Source: Vulcanimicrobiota bacterium
Lineage (GTDB): Bacteria; Vulcanimicrobiota; Vulcanimicrobiia; Vulcanimicrobiales; Vulcanimicrobiaceae
NCBI GenBank assembly: GCA_963786105.1
Contig: CAWAXX010000017.1
Span: forward strand, 128,001-192,000
Direction: 5' to 3'
Length of the DNA stretch: 64,000 nt
Of this stretch, positions 1 through 8,484 are shown piece by piece. The notes under the pieces are model-generated. The model did no database searches. It was not told the DNA's origin and worked only from the letters and a program-made list of their open reading frames with translations. Made by a program: the position numbers and the translations under genes. How positions within the stretch are numbered: the stretch's first letter is position 1; each line of letters starts with the position of its first letter.

Positions 1-51
1 CGCCCTCCCTCGCCTGAACAGCTGAGCCTTGACTTTCAAGTCGGTATCTGA
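1..51 (+). CDS. Probable 3' end of a gene entering from the left edge (RPPSPEQLSLDFQVGI*)
   Basis: Frame +1 is open from base 1 to TGA at 49-51. QLSLDF resembles a C-terminal beta-clamp-binding motif. Only 16 codons are visible. Confidence 0.4.
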   Translation, partial: RPPSPEQLSLDFQVGI

Positions 52-441
52 GCGGAGTTCCGAAGGCGCGTAGGCGAAGGACGCCTCCGCACAGGATGCG
101 CGAGCGTCCTAGTTCAGGTGCCTTCCGCAGTCGGCTCTACACCCGCACGTTCGAGGAATTCGAACTCGGCACGGGTGGCGAAATTGTGGCCGGATTCCAG
201 CAGCACCGTGCGTCGATCGAACGGTAGACGCGGAACTAGCGCCATCGTTACCGCGGTCTAGCCGGCGGAAGGCGCTTCAGCGGTTTGCGAATCGCCTCGC
301 GGTGTCGCGGCATCGTCCGACGGCCTAACGCGATTCGGACGTCCGAAGACGTCCGCGTTGGCTGCGCTGATTTCGGATCGCCGCGTCGCAGCGTCTAAAG
401 CCGGGAACAACCGTACGAATGCGTACTTCACGATCGATTTC

Positions 442-1338
442 TTATTGCCAGATGCCGGTGATCAGAGGGGCGCTACAGTCGTATTTGATGCACGGCAGGC
501 CGAATATGGATTCGACGGTGTGCAGCACCGCATAGTGGTCGAGATTCTGCGCGTCGATGCTGCCTGGCGTAATCATCGGCCCGATGAGAATCGTTGCGAC
601 TTGGTTGGTGTGATTGCGATCCGGCGCGGCTTCATCGAATGTCACGACGAGCAAGCCGTCGTGCTGACGATTCCAGTTCAGAATGGATGGGAGATTCTGC
701 GAAAGCCACTTGTCGCCGTGAACGATTCGGCAGTCGTGCATATCGTTGCAGAGATTCGGCGTTATCCAAACTAGTGACGGCGGCGAAGATGGGAATCCGC
801 GATAGACGAGATTTACGGAGCTGGGTAAGTTCGTGAAATCCACCCAGGGGCTATGCTTGCGAGCGTACTTCGCAGTCTCGCAGCCGGTGTAGCCGTCATG
901 CGGCATCGATTCGGAATAGCCCGCAAAAGTATCGCCCGCGGCGATGAGTTCGGAGGCTACGTTGGCACTCTTGAACGTCGTCGGGCACGGATCTCCGTGA
1001 ATGCCGTGGGTAGATCCGGAAAAGAGTGCGAGATAGTTCGGCTCGCTAGGATGACCGACGGCATGCATGTCGGTCAAGAGCGCTCCATTCGGAATGAGCG
1101 TGCCGTTGATGTACGGTGCTTCTGCGCTGCCGACGATGCGATCGTAGTCTTTGTTTTCCATCACGACGATCGTCACTTGTGAAGCGTGAGGCGACGAGTT
1201 CGGCGCTGCGTTTTGGGTCGCCATCGTTGAGGCCGAGCCCGGAAGCCCTATGCCGGAGCTGCCGGCGCAGCCGGCTAGCGCGGTTAGCAACGAAAGGGCG
1301 ATAAACGATGAGAACCTAAGCCGAGATGCTCCGGTCAT
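442..1338 (-). CDS. Acid phosphatase/phosphoesterase family lipoprotein (SapM/AcpA-like)
   Basis: Lipobox LAGC; motifs VVMENK, HPSEPNYLALFSGST, KHSPW, NDMHD, VTFDE. Confidence 0.85.
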   Translation of the reverse strand: MTGASRLRFSSFIALSLLTALAGCAGSSGIGLPGSASTMATQNAAPNSSPHASQVTIVVMENKDYDRIVGSAEAPYINGTLIPNGALLTDMHAVGHPSEPNYLALFSGSTHGIHGDPCPTTFKSANVASELIAAGDTFAGYSESMPHDGYTGCETAKYARKHSPWVDFTNLPSSVNLVYRGFPSSPPSLVWITPNLCNDMHDCRIVHGDKWLSQNLPSILNWNRQHDGLLVVTFDEAAPDRNHTNQVATILIGPMITPGSIDAQNLDHYAVLHTVESIFGLPCIKYDCSAPLITGIWQ

Positions 1339-1374
1339 AGAACTCCACTATACCGGTCGACGTTTAAGTCCGCC

Positions 1375-2265
1375 TTAACCGCTCGCGTACGACCCCGTGC
1401 GCAAATCGTCGAGGATCGTGCCGAGGCCTGGGCGCCAGCCCAGTTGTTCGCGAGCGCGTTGCGAGCTGATGCGCGAGTCCAGGGCGAGCGCGTCGGCAAA
1501 CGCACCCAGCGCCGTTCGGGCATCCTCGAGCGGCCACGAGGTTACGGCGCCTTTTCGGCCGGCGCCCTGACTGGCCGCTTCGGCCATCTCCCGAACCGTG
1601 AACCACGTATCGTCGCCGGCGTTATAGATCGCGCCCGGCGCGGCGCCCTCGATTGCCAATGCGTAGAGTTGCGCCAAATCGTAGCGGTCGATCATCGCCC
1701 AATGATTCGTGCCGTCTCCGACGAAACGCGCCACGCCCGATTCGCGAGCCGACTGTACCAACATAGCCGGAATGCCTCCCCCGGCTCCGTACACGTCGCC
1801 CGGGCGGATCACGACTGCGCGGACGCCGCGAGCGACACCGTCGAGGACCGTTCGTTCGAGTCGCGGGCGATGGGCGACCAGAGGCGTTGGGTTCAGCGCG
1901 GCATCTTCGTCGACTGCTCGCTCCCCGGTGCTTCCGTAAATCCACACGCCGCTCGTGTAGAGCAAAGGCTTATTGCTGCCGGCAAGCGCATCGACCAGCC
2001 CGCGGAGCGCCTCGCTTTCAACGCGAGCCGCGTCGTCGCCGTTGTATTGCACGGCGTAAACGACACCGTCGGACCGTCGTGCGGCAGCGGCCAGCGACGA
2101 CGGCCGGGTTACGTCTCCGTTCGCGGGCTCGACTCCGGCATCGCGCAACTTCCGAGCCGTATCCTCGGTTCGAGCCGAGCCGGCGACTTCATGGCCGTGA
2201 TTGCGAAGAGCTTTTGCGATGGCGGATCCGACGTAGCCGCTCGCCCCGACGACGAAAAATCGCAT
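1375..2265 (-). CDS. NAD-dependent epimerase/dehydratase (atypical SDR)
   Basis: N-terminal GASGYVG Rossmann motif; YTSGVWIYG; IRPGDVYG; LGWRP. Confidence 0.85.
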   Translation of the reverse strand: MRFFVVGASGYVGSAIAKALRNHGHEVAGSARTEDTARKLRDAGVEPANGDVTRPSSLAAAARRSDGVVYAVQYNGDDAARVESEALRGLVDALAGSNKPLLYTSGVWIYGSTGERAVDEDAALNPTPLVAHRPRLERTVLDGVARGVRAVVIRPGDVYGAGGGIPAMLVQSARESGVARFVGDGTNHWAMIDRYDLAQLYALAIEGAAPGAIYNAGDDTWFTVREMAEAASQGAGRKGAVTSWPLEDARTALGAFADALALDSRISSQRAREQLGWRPGLGTILDDLRTGSYASG

Positions 2266-2318
2266 GGTTGCGCACCTCCGTCGCAGAAAACCGTCGATGG
2301 GCCCGGAGGTTTCACACG

Positions 2319-2774
2319 ATGGTTCTCCTTGCTTTGCACGTTATCGTCGCGTTTGCAGCGGTAGGGTTCTTAGTGGTCCCCGGCGCGATACTGGTGGCGG
2401 CCTCGAAATCGCAGGACGTTCCGTTCATTCGGCGCGTTTTCGCGCTGGGGGCCTTTCACGGGAAGATCGGCGGCCCGCTCGCGATCCTCGCGGGGATTCT
2501 CGGCTTTGCGGTTGCTGGGATTACCCATACGCCCTTAGGGTCGGGATGGTTGATTGCGTCGTACGTTGCGTACGTCTTGGTAGTGATCGTAGGCATCGGC
2601 TACCACGCCCGATGGGAGATTCGGGTGTTTCAAGCGGCGCAAGCATCGCCCGACGGCGAGCCGTCACCCGAGCTTGTGGCGCTCGTCGCCGACCCGATAG
2701 GCGCTCCGATGATGTGGTTGAGCGCTTTCCTGTGGATCGCGATCATCTATCTCATGGTGGCAAGACCGTTCTAA
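2319..2774 (+). CDS. Four-helix membrane protein, DUF2269-like
   Basis: ATG 2319 after GGAGGT (2305-2310); LHV start, hydrophobic segments, C-terminal LMVARPF. Confidence 0.7.
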   Translation: MVLLALHVIVAFAAVGFLVVPGAILVAASKSQDVPFIRRVFALGAFHGKIGGPLAILAGILGFAVAGITHTPLGSGWLIASYVAYVLVVIVGIGYHARWEIRVFQAAQASPDGEPSPELVALVADPIGAPMMWLSAFLWIAIIYLMVARPF

Positions 2775-2838
2775 GGGGGGCGGTGGCCGCGTTCCGGGCG
2801 GCGGGAAGGGAGCCGCCAGGCGTCGTAGATTACAGCCC

Positions 2839-3174
2839 GTGGCTACGTCACGGGGCCCATTTGCACACGCGAGCGAAGCCGAACTCGCACAACTCTTCGA
2901 CTTCTATCGAGTTCCATGGCAATATGAGCCCCGCACATTTCCAATTTGCTGGAACGAGCAAGGACAACCGATCGAGTTCTTCACACCGGATTTTTATCTT
3001 CCAGAGTACGATCTGTACATTGAAGTCACCGTCGCAAAACCCATTCGGAATTCGCGAAAGAACCGGAAGGTACGCTTGCTTCGCTCGAATCATCCGCACG
3101 TCAACGTCAAGCTCTTTACGCGCCGCGACGTCGAACGCGTACTCGCCCGTTCGGCCAAAGCGGTGTCCGCGTGA
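2839..3174 (+). CDS. Conserved small protein with a PD-(D/E)xK-like signature, coupled to the hpt-like gene
   Basis: SE..WQYEP..FTPDFYLP..YIEVT pattern; GTGA overlap with the next gene. Confidence 0.65.
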   Translation: MATSRGPFAHASEAELAQLFDFYRVPWQYEPRTFPICWNEQGQPIEFFTPDFYLPEYDLYIEVTVAKPIRNSRKNRKVRLLRSNHPHVNVKLFTRRDVERVLARSAKAVSA

Positions 3175-3683
3175 TCGGCGAGCCGCTCTTCGACTCGGAA
3201 GCGATCGCCGCTCGCGTGGGGGAGATGGGCGCGGGCATTTCGCGGGATTATGCCGGCCACGTTCCGCTCCTGATCGGTCTCTTCAGCGTCTCCACCCCCT
3301 TCCTGGCCGATCTGTCGAGAGCGATTTCAATACCGTGCGAGCTGGACGCTATTTCCGTCAACCGCTACGGCGAGGGCGAGGGAATTGAGCTTGCGAAAGA
3401 CGCGGCTATCCCTCTCGAAGGTCGCCACGTGATTCTGGTCGGCGACACCATCGACACTGGGTTGACGCTGCAGTACGTTCTCAAGCGGGCGTTGGCTCGT
3501 GGACCCGCGTCGCTGTCGGTATGCGTGCTGCTCGACCGCCCGCACCGCAGGATTGCCGACGTCGAAGTCCGGTATCGGGGATTCGAGGCCCCCGACGTCT
3601 ACGTCGTCGGCTACGGCCTCGATTACCTTGGACGCTATCGCGAGTTGCCGGCGCTCTACGCTCATGGAACGTGGCCTCGGTGA
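3171..3683 (+). CDS. hpt: Hypoxanthine phosphoribosyltransferase-like protein with divergent motifs
   Basis: ISRDY, ILVGDTIDTGLT, LLDRP, VVGYGLDY..YRELP. Confidence 0.75.
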   Translation: MIGEPLFDSEAIAARVGEMGAGISRDYAGHVPLLIGLFSVSTPFLADLSRAISIPCELDAISVNRYGEGEGIELAKDAAIPLEGRHVILVGDTIDTGLTLQYVLKRALARGPASLSVCVLLDRPHRRIADVEVRYRGFEAPDVYVVGYGLDYLGRYRELPALYAHGTWPR

Positions 3684-4996
3684 CGAAGAAAGGCCTGTCC
3701 TCGCTCGCTCTGCTGGTCGCCGTCGTGATGGGCGCGATTCCGCTGCGGTCGCCGGCGCTCGAACTGCACTCCATCGAGCAAGCCGCTGCCGACTATCGCA
3801 GCTCGAACGAACAACTCCAGGAAATGTTTCGCGCGGCGCTGCTCGACACGAGCAAGCTGGCAGAATATGCGCCCGACGGCACCGCTTACGTAAAGACGGG
3901 CGACATTCCGGCCGAGTGGCTGCGCGACGCGAGCGCTCAGTCGCGGCCGTACTTATTCTTCGCCAAGAGCGATCCCGACGTTCGCCGCTTGCTCCAAGCC
4001 ATAACCGCGCGAATGGCCAAGTACTTGCAGATCGATCCCTATGCGAACGCCTACACCTTGGACTATCGCGTTTGGGAGCAGAAGTTCGAGCTGGATTCCC
4101 TCGCGTATCCGACCGCACTCGCGTGGAGTTACTGGAAAACAACCGGCGATGCGTCGATTTTCACGCCGGAATTTTCGAAGATGCTCGACGCCGTTTTGGC
4201 GACCATGCAGCGCGAGCAAGACCACCCACGCAACTCCAGCTACACGCATAAGGAGCTGTTCAACGACGGCAAAGGGCGTCCGGTCGGATACACCGGCATG
4301 ATTTGGACAGGCTTCCGGCCGTCGGACGACGCCTGCTACTACAATTTTCTCATCCCGTCGGAGATGTTCGCGGTGGTTGCGCTGGGCGATATGGCGGAGA
4401 TCGAACGCGACGTTTACCACAACGTCGTGAAAGCGCGTGAGGCGAAGGCGTTGCGCGACGAAGTGCAGCGCGGCATTCAAACCTACGGGCTGGTTCTGGT
4501 ACCGAAATACGGCTACGTGTACGCCTACGAAGTGGACGGGCTGGGCCACGCGATTTTGACCGACGACGCCAACATTCCGAGCCTGCTGTCGGCGCCGTAC
4601 ATCGGGTACACCGGTGCCAACGACCGGTACTACGACAACACTCGCCGCTTCTTGCTCTCGCAAGACAATCCGTCGTTCTACCAGGGCCATCGGGCGCGCG
4701 GTATCGGCAGCTACCATACGCCCGATCACTGGGTCTGGCCGCTGGCGCTAATCGTGCAAGGCATGACCGCGACCAGCAGCGCCGAGAAGCAAGACGTCCT
4801 GACGCAACTGCTGGCCAGCGATCCCGGCGATCACCTTTTGCACGAATCGTTTAATCCGGACGACCCTCGGCAGTTTACCCGGCAGGATTTCGGCTGGCCC
4901 AACGCGCTGTTTTCCGAGTTCGTCATGACGCAGTTCCAAGGCGTCAGCGCGATACCGATGGGCGACACCGGCGACTTGGAGTTCCGCTCTGAGTAG
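3680..4996 (+). CDS. Glycoside hydrolase family 125 (exo-alpha-1,6-mannosidase-like) with signal peptide
   Basis: TGDIPAEWLRD, WEQKFELDSL, GFRPSDDAC, DDANIPSLL, HESF, WPNALF; GTG 3680 overlaps the hpt stop. Confidence 0.88.
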   Translation: MTKKGLSSLALLVAVVMGAIPLRSPALELHSIEQAAADYRSSNEQLQEMFRAALLDTSKLAEYAPDGTAYVKTGDIPAEWLRDASAQSRPYLFFAKSDPDVRRLLQAITARMAKYLQIDPYANAYTLDYRVWEQKFELDSLAYPTALAWSYWKTTGDASIFTPEFSKMLDAVLATMQREQDHPRNSSYTHKELFNDGKGRPVGYTGMIWTGFRPSDDACYYNFLIPSEMFAVVALGDMAEIERDVYHNVVKAREAKALRDEVQRGIQTYGLVLVPKYGYVYAYEVDGLGHAILTDDANIPSLLSAPYIGYTGANDRYYDNTRRFLLSQDNPSFYQGHRARGIGSYHTPDHWVWPLALIVQGMTATSSAEKQDVLTQLLASDPGDHLLHESFNPDDPRQFTRQDFGWPNALFSEFVMTQFQGVSAIPMGDTGDLEFRSE

Positions 4997-6257
4997 TTCC
5001 GGCCGCAAAGCCGACGTCGTTGTTGGAATTCAGTGGGGTGACGAAGGGAAAGGGCGGATCGTCGACCTGTACGCCCAGGACTACGACGTCGTGGCACGGT
5101 TCGGCGGCGGCGACAACGCCGGGCATTCGATCGTCGTCGGCGACACGAAGCTCGCCTTACGCATCGTTCCGTCCGGCGCGCTCAACCGGAATGCCGAGCT
5201 GTTCGTCGGCGGCGGAACGGTCGTCAACCCGGCGACCTTGCTCGACGAGATTGCGCGCTTGGCGGCGCTCGGCATCGACGTCGAGCGCATCAAGATTTCG
5301 GATCGCGCGCACCTCGTGCTACCCTATCACGCCGCCGCCGATAGCGCCGCGGAGCGCGCTCGAGGCGCGCACGCGCTCGGAACGACGGGCCGGGGAATAG
5401 GGCCGGCCTACGTCGACAAAGTCGCTCGCGCCGGGATTCTCTTCGCCGACCTCGCGCGGCGTGATATGCTCGCGCAGAAAATTCGCCTGAACCTTGAGCA
5501 ACGCCGGACGTTCCTCAGTTCGGAGGAAGCGCTGCCAAGCGATGGCGACCTCGTCGCGCAAACGCTCGACGCCGCCGAGCGATTGATCCCGCACGTGGTC
5601 GATGGCGTCGGCTACATGCACGAGAAACTGGCCGGCGGTAAACGCGTTCTGATCGAGGGTGCTCAAGGGTCGCTGTTGGACGTGGGCTATGGAACCTATC
5701 CGTACGTCACCAGTTCGCATACGATCGCCGGCGGGGCATGCATCGGCCTGGGCATCGGTCCTACCGCCATCGGTCGCGTTATCGGCATCGTCAAAGCCTA
5801 CTGCACGCGCGTCGGCGCCGGCCCGCTGCCTTCGGAGTTGCACGACGAACGCGGCGAAAAACTTCGCCGCCAAGGCAACGAGTTCGGAACCGTCACCGGG
5901 CGGCCGCGCCGCTGCGGCTGGCTGGATGCGGTTGCCGGCCGTTACGCGGTCGCGCTTAATGGCTTGAGCAGCGCCGTTATCACCAAACTCGACGTGTTGA
6001 CCGGCTTCGAGCGCCTCGGCATCGTCACCGGATACCGTTTGGATGGGAGGCCGGCTGGATTCGCCGACGCGTCGACTCCCGGTTTGGAAGTCGAGGTCGA
6101 AGAGGTTCCCGGATGGATGGAGCCGATCGGTGAATGCCGGCGCATCGCCGATCTTCCCGGCGCGGCGCGCCGCTACGTGGCTCGCGTGCAAGAACTCCTC
6201 GCGACGCCGATCGATTTCGTCTCCGTCGGCCCCGAACGCAGCCAACTAGCGAAATAG
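4989..6257 (+). CDS. purA: Adenylosuccinate synthetase (probable CTG start)
   Basis: In-frame VVGIQWGDEGKGRIVD lies upstream of the ORF-track start; GGDNAGH, GTTGRGIGPAY, EGAQG, GTYPYVTSS, TGRPRRCGWLD, TKLDVL. Confidence 0.95.
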   Translation: MSSSGRKADVVVGIQWGDEGKGRIVDLYAQDYDVVARFGGGDNAGHSIVVGDTKLALRIVPSGALNRNAELFVGGGTVVNPATLLDEIARLAALGIDVERIKISDRAHLVLPYHAAADSAAERARGAHALGTTGRGIGPAYVDKVARAGILFADLARRDMLAQKIRLNLEQRRTFLSSEEALPSDGDLVAQTLDAAERLIPHVVDGVGYMHEKLAGGKRVLIEGAQGSLLDVGYGTYPYVTSSHTIAGGACIGLGIGPTAIGRVIGIVKAYCTRVGAGPLPSELHDERGEKLRRQGNEFGTVTGRPRRCGWLDAVAGRYAVALNGLSSAVITKLDVLTGFERLGIVTGYRLDGRPAGFADASTPGLEVEVEEVPGWMEPIGECRRIADLPGAARRYVARVQELLATPIDFVSVGPERSQLAK

Positions 6258-6280
6258 CGCTGCCGGCGGGACGGTATGTC

Positions 6281-6721
6281 GTGCGGAAGAACGCGTTCGG
6301 TCTCCAGGCGGTGCTCGCGCACCGCAAGCACCTCGAAGATGCGGCGTTCGAGGCGTTCGCCGCTCGACGTCGCACCTTTGAGGCGGCCGCGCTCGAACTC
6401 GCCCTGCGGCACGAGGAGCTTCGCCGGAGCGAGCTCGAGATGCCGGGTGCCGCGGCCGGCGTGAGAGTCGTCGACTTGCAACGGTGCGAAGCACGCCTGT
6501 TGTTTCTACGGCGATTTGTCGAGACGCACGTTCGTGCACTCTCCGATGCGCGCTCAGAACTCGACGCCGCTCGGCAGGCGGCCATCGATGCCCGGACGCA
6601 GCGAAAGCTGATCGACGCGCTGCGCGACCGCAAGATCGCAGCGTTGGCAGCTGCCGAAATGCGCGCTGACCAAACCGAACTCGACGACGCGAACGCGATC
6701 GCGCGTGCCGTTGCAAAATAG
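6281..6721 (+). CDS. fliJ: FliJ-like flagellar export chaperone (coiled coil)
   Basis: N-terminal F.LQAVL..R...ED and C-terminal ..RK....LR......DQTELDD pattern; about 146 aa, all helical. Confidence 0.6.
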   Translation: MRKNAFGLQAVLAHRKHLEDAAFEAFAARRRTFEAAALELALRHEELRRSELEMPGAAAGVRVVDLQRCEARLLFLRRFVETHVRALSDARSELDAARQAAIDARTQRKLIDALRDRKIAALAAAEMRADQTELDDANAIARAVAK

Positions 6722-7325
6722 AGTCACGCCGTTCGGCGACATCGTGGCGCTGCCGGGCCGCGGGCTCGTGATGGGAAATCGCGGTATTCTGCACGACGAC
6801 TCTCGACGGATCGTGCGGCCATTCCAGGTGCGGCGGTGGATCGCGTGCCGGACGGAATTCCGCCGCCGCACGCGTTCGATCATGCAGCCGCACTCCTATA
6901 CGGAGTTGTTTTTTCTCGACGAAGCCACCGCATTCGGCGCCGGGCATCGGCCGTGCGCCGAGTGTCGCTACGACGACTACCAACGATTTCGCGGGTTGTG
7001 GCAGACGTGTCACGGCACGCCCGCCAACGCCGACGGCATCGATGCAAAGCTTCACACCGAACGCCTCCACGACCGGAAGAAACGCACCTATCGCGACAAC
7101 CTCGCAGGTCTGCCCGACGGTACGTTCGTAGCGGTGGAGGGCCGTGCGTGGCTGCTCTGGGAAGGCGGCCTGTTCGAATGGTCGGACGGCGCCTATTCGC
7201 TCCGGAGGCGGCGGCCGGCAAGAGGCGAGGTCGACGTGCTAACGCCGCCGTCGATCGTTGCCGTCTTTGCCGCCGGTTACCGGCCTGCCGTTCATCCAGG
7301 AGTTACCGGCGTTCCCTTGGCATAG
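6705..7325 (+). CDS. Conserved hypothetical protein with Ada-like metal-binding motif
   Basis: QNRVTPFG, MGNRG.LH, YTELFFLDEATA..AGHRPCAECR. Confidence 0.7.
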   Translation: MPLQNRVTPFGDIVALPGRGLVMGNRGILHDDSRRIVRPFQVRRWIACRTEFRRRTRSIMQPHSYTELFFLDEATAFGAGHRPCAECRYDDYQRFRGLWQTCHGTPANADGIDAKLHTERLHDRKKRTYRDNLAGLPDGTFVAVEGRAWLLWEGGLFEWSDGAYSLRRRRPARGEVDVLTPPSIVAVFAAGYRPAVHPGVTGVPLA

Positions 7326-7375
7326 CGAGTCGCCGGATGTATGCTTGGTAACCTAACCGTAAAAGGAGGCTCACC

Positions 7376-7801
7376 ATGCGATTTGTCAGTCTAGTGATCG
7401 CCGTGCTCGCGCTCTCGTCGGCGTTCGTTCTCGGCCGGGTAACGGCTTTGCCGACGTCGGCGCAGGCGGCAGTACCGTTCGCAGTAACGTTTTCGCATTT
7501 CGAGTGTTACGCGGCCAAGTTCCAAGGCCAGTTCGGCGGTGCGAACGTCGAACTCACGGATCAGTTCCAGCAGTTTCAAACGGGGGTGGGCGCTCCGCAG
7601 CTCTTCTGCACGCCCGTTACTAAGAAAGTCATTTCCGGTCCGAACATGAGAGTTCCGGCTCCGGCCGATCACCTCACGTGCTATCCGATTCAAGGCCCGA
7701 CGCTCCAGCAGACTCGCGTCTTCCGCAATCAGTTCGAAAAGGGTAACGTTACGGTCGGCACGCCGAACATGCTGTGCTTGCCGACGCATAAAGTGGGATA
7801 A
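7376..7801 (+). CDS. Secreted protein with an internally duplicated Cys/His module
   Basis: Strong RBS AGGAGG; signal peptide; HFECY...LFCTPVTK and HLTCY...MLCLPTHK. Confidence 0.75.
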   Translation: MRFVSLVIAVLALSSAFVLGRVTALPTSAQAAVPFAVTFSHFECYAAKFQGQFGGANVELTDQFQQFQTGVGAPQLFCTPVTKKVISGPNMRVPAPADHLTCYPIQGPTLQQTRVFRNQFEKGNVTVGTPNMLCLPTHKVG

Positions 7802-7854
7802 GAAGAAGGCGTAAAGCCGGCTAGATCGCGCCGCGTTCGTCGTGATCGGAAAAC

Positions 7855-8484
7855 GTGACGTGGCGAGCGGCGCTCGATTTTCTATTTCCTGCGCAGTGTG
7901 CCGGATGCAACGCGCTCGGCAGCGGGCTTTGTTCCGCGTGCGCACCGCTTGACGCTCGAAGGGTACTCGTGCGGCTTCGCTCGCTGTCGGTGGTCGCATA
8001 CGGCTCGTACGAAGGAGTTCTGCGCTCCGCCATCTTGGCGCTCAAAGACGGACGGCGCGACGTTGCCGAGGCGCTCGGCGAACGGATCGCGCCGCTCGTG
8101 CGCCCGCGGGCGTGGCTGGTTCCAGTTCCGACGACGGCGCAGCGACGCCGCGTACGCGGCGTCGACGGTGTGGCGCTGCTCGCGAAGCGGGCCGCTCGAA
8201 TATCCGGTGCCCGCGTGCTCGCTGCGCTGGAACAACACGCCGGTGACGCGCAACGCGGACGTACGCGCGGCGAGCGTTTGGCAGCGCGAGGCCGCTTTTG
8301 GTGCGACGCTCCATCGGTTGCCGGTAAGCGCGTTACGCTCGTCGACGACGTCTGCACGACCGGAGGGACGCTCGAAGATTGCGTGCGAGCGGTCGCAGCA
8401 GCCGGCGGGACGGTGGAAGGGGCCGTGGTTGTGGCGGCGACGAACAGCGGGCCTTCGTGGATACCGGCACCCATGCGGCACTGA
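7855..8484 (+). CDS. comF: ComF family phosphoribosyltransferase-domain protein
   Basis: LFP..CxxC..LCxxC zinc ribbon; VPVP; LVDDVCTTGGTL. Confidence 0.85.
   Translation: MTWRAALDFLFPAQCAGCNALGSGLCSACAPLDARRVLVRLRSLSVVAYGSYEGVLRSAILALKDGRRDVAEALGERIAPLVRPRAWLVPVPTTAQRRRVRGVDGVALLAKRAARISGARVLAALEQHAGDAQRGRTRGERLAARGRFWCDAPSVAGKRVTLVDDVCTTGGTLEDCVRAVAAAGGTVEGAVVVAATNSGPSWIPAPMRH

Noticed and set aside
52..441. Group I/II intron, RNase P RNA, tmRNA, SRP RNA or cobalamin riboswitch
   Set aside because: None of their conserved primary-sequence motifs could be matched by eye; kept only as an unassigned structured region
7802..8456. TGACA-N2-TGTCA operator upstream of comF-ribD-ribE
   Set aside because: No matching palindrome seen, so HTH-RibBA control of this operon is unsupported
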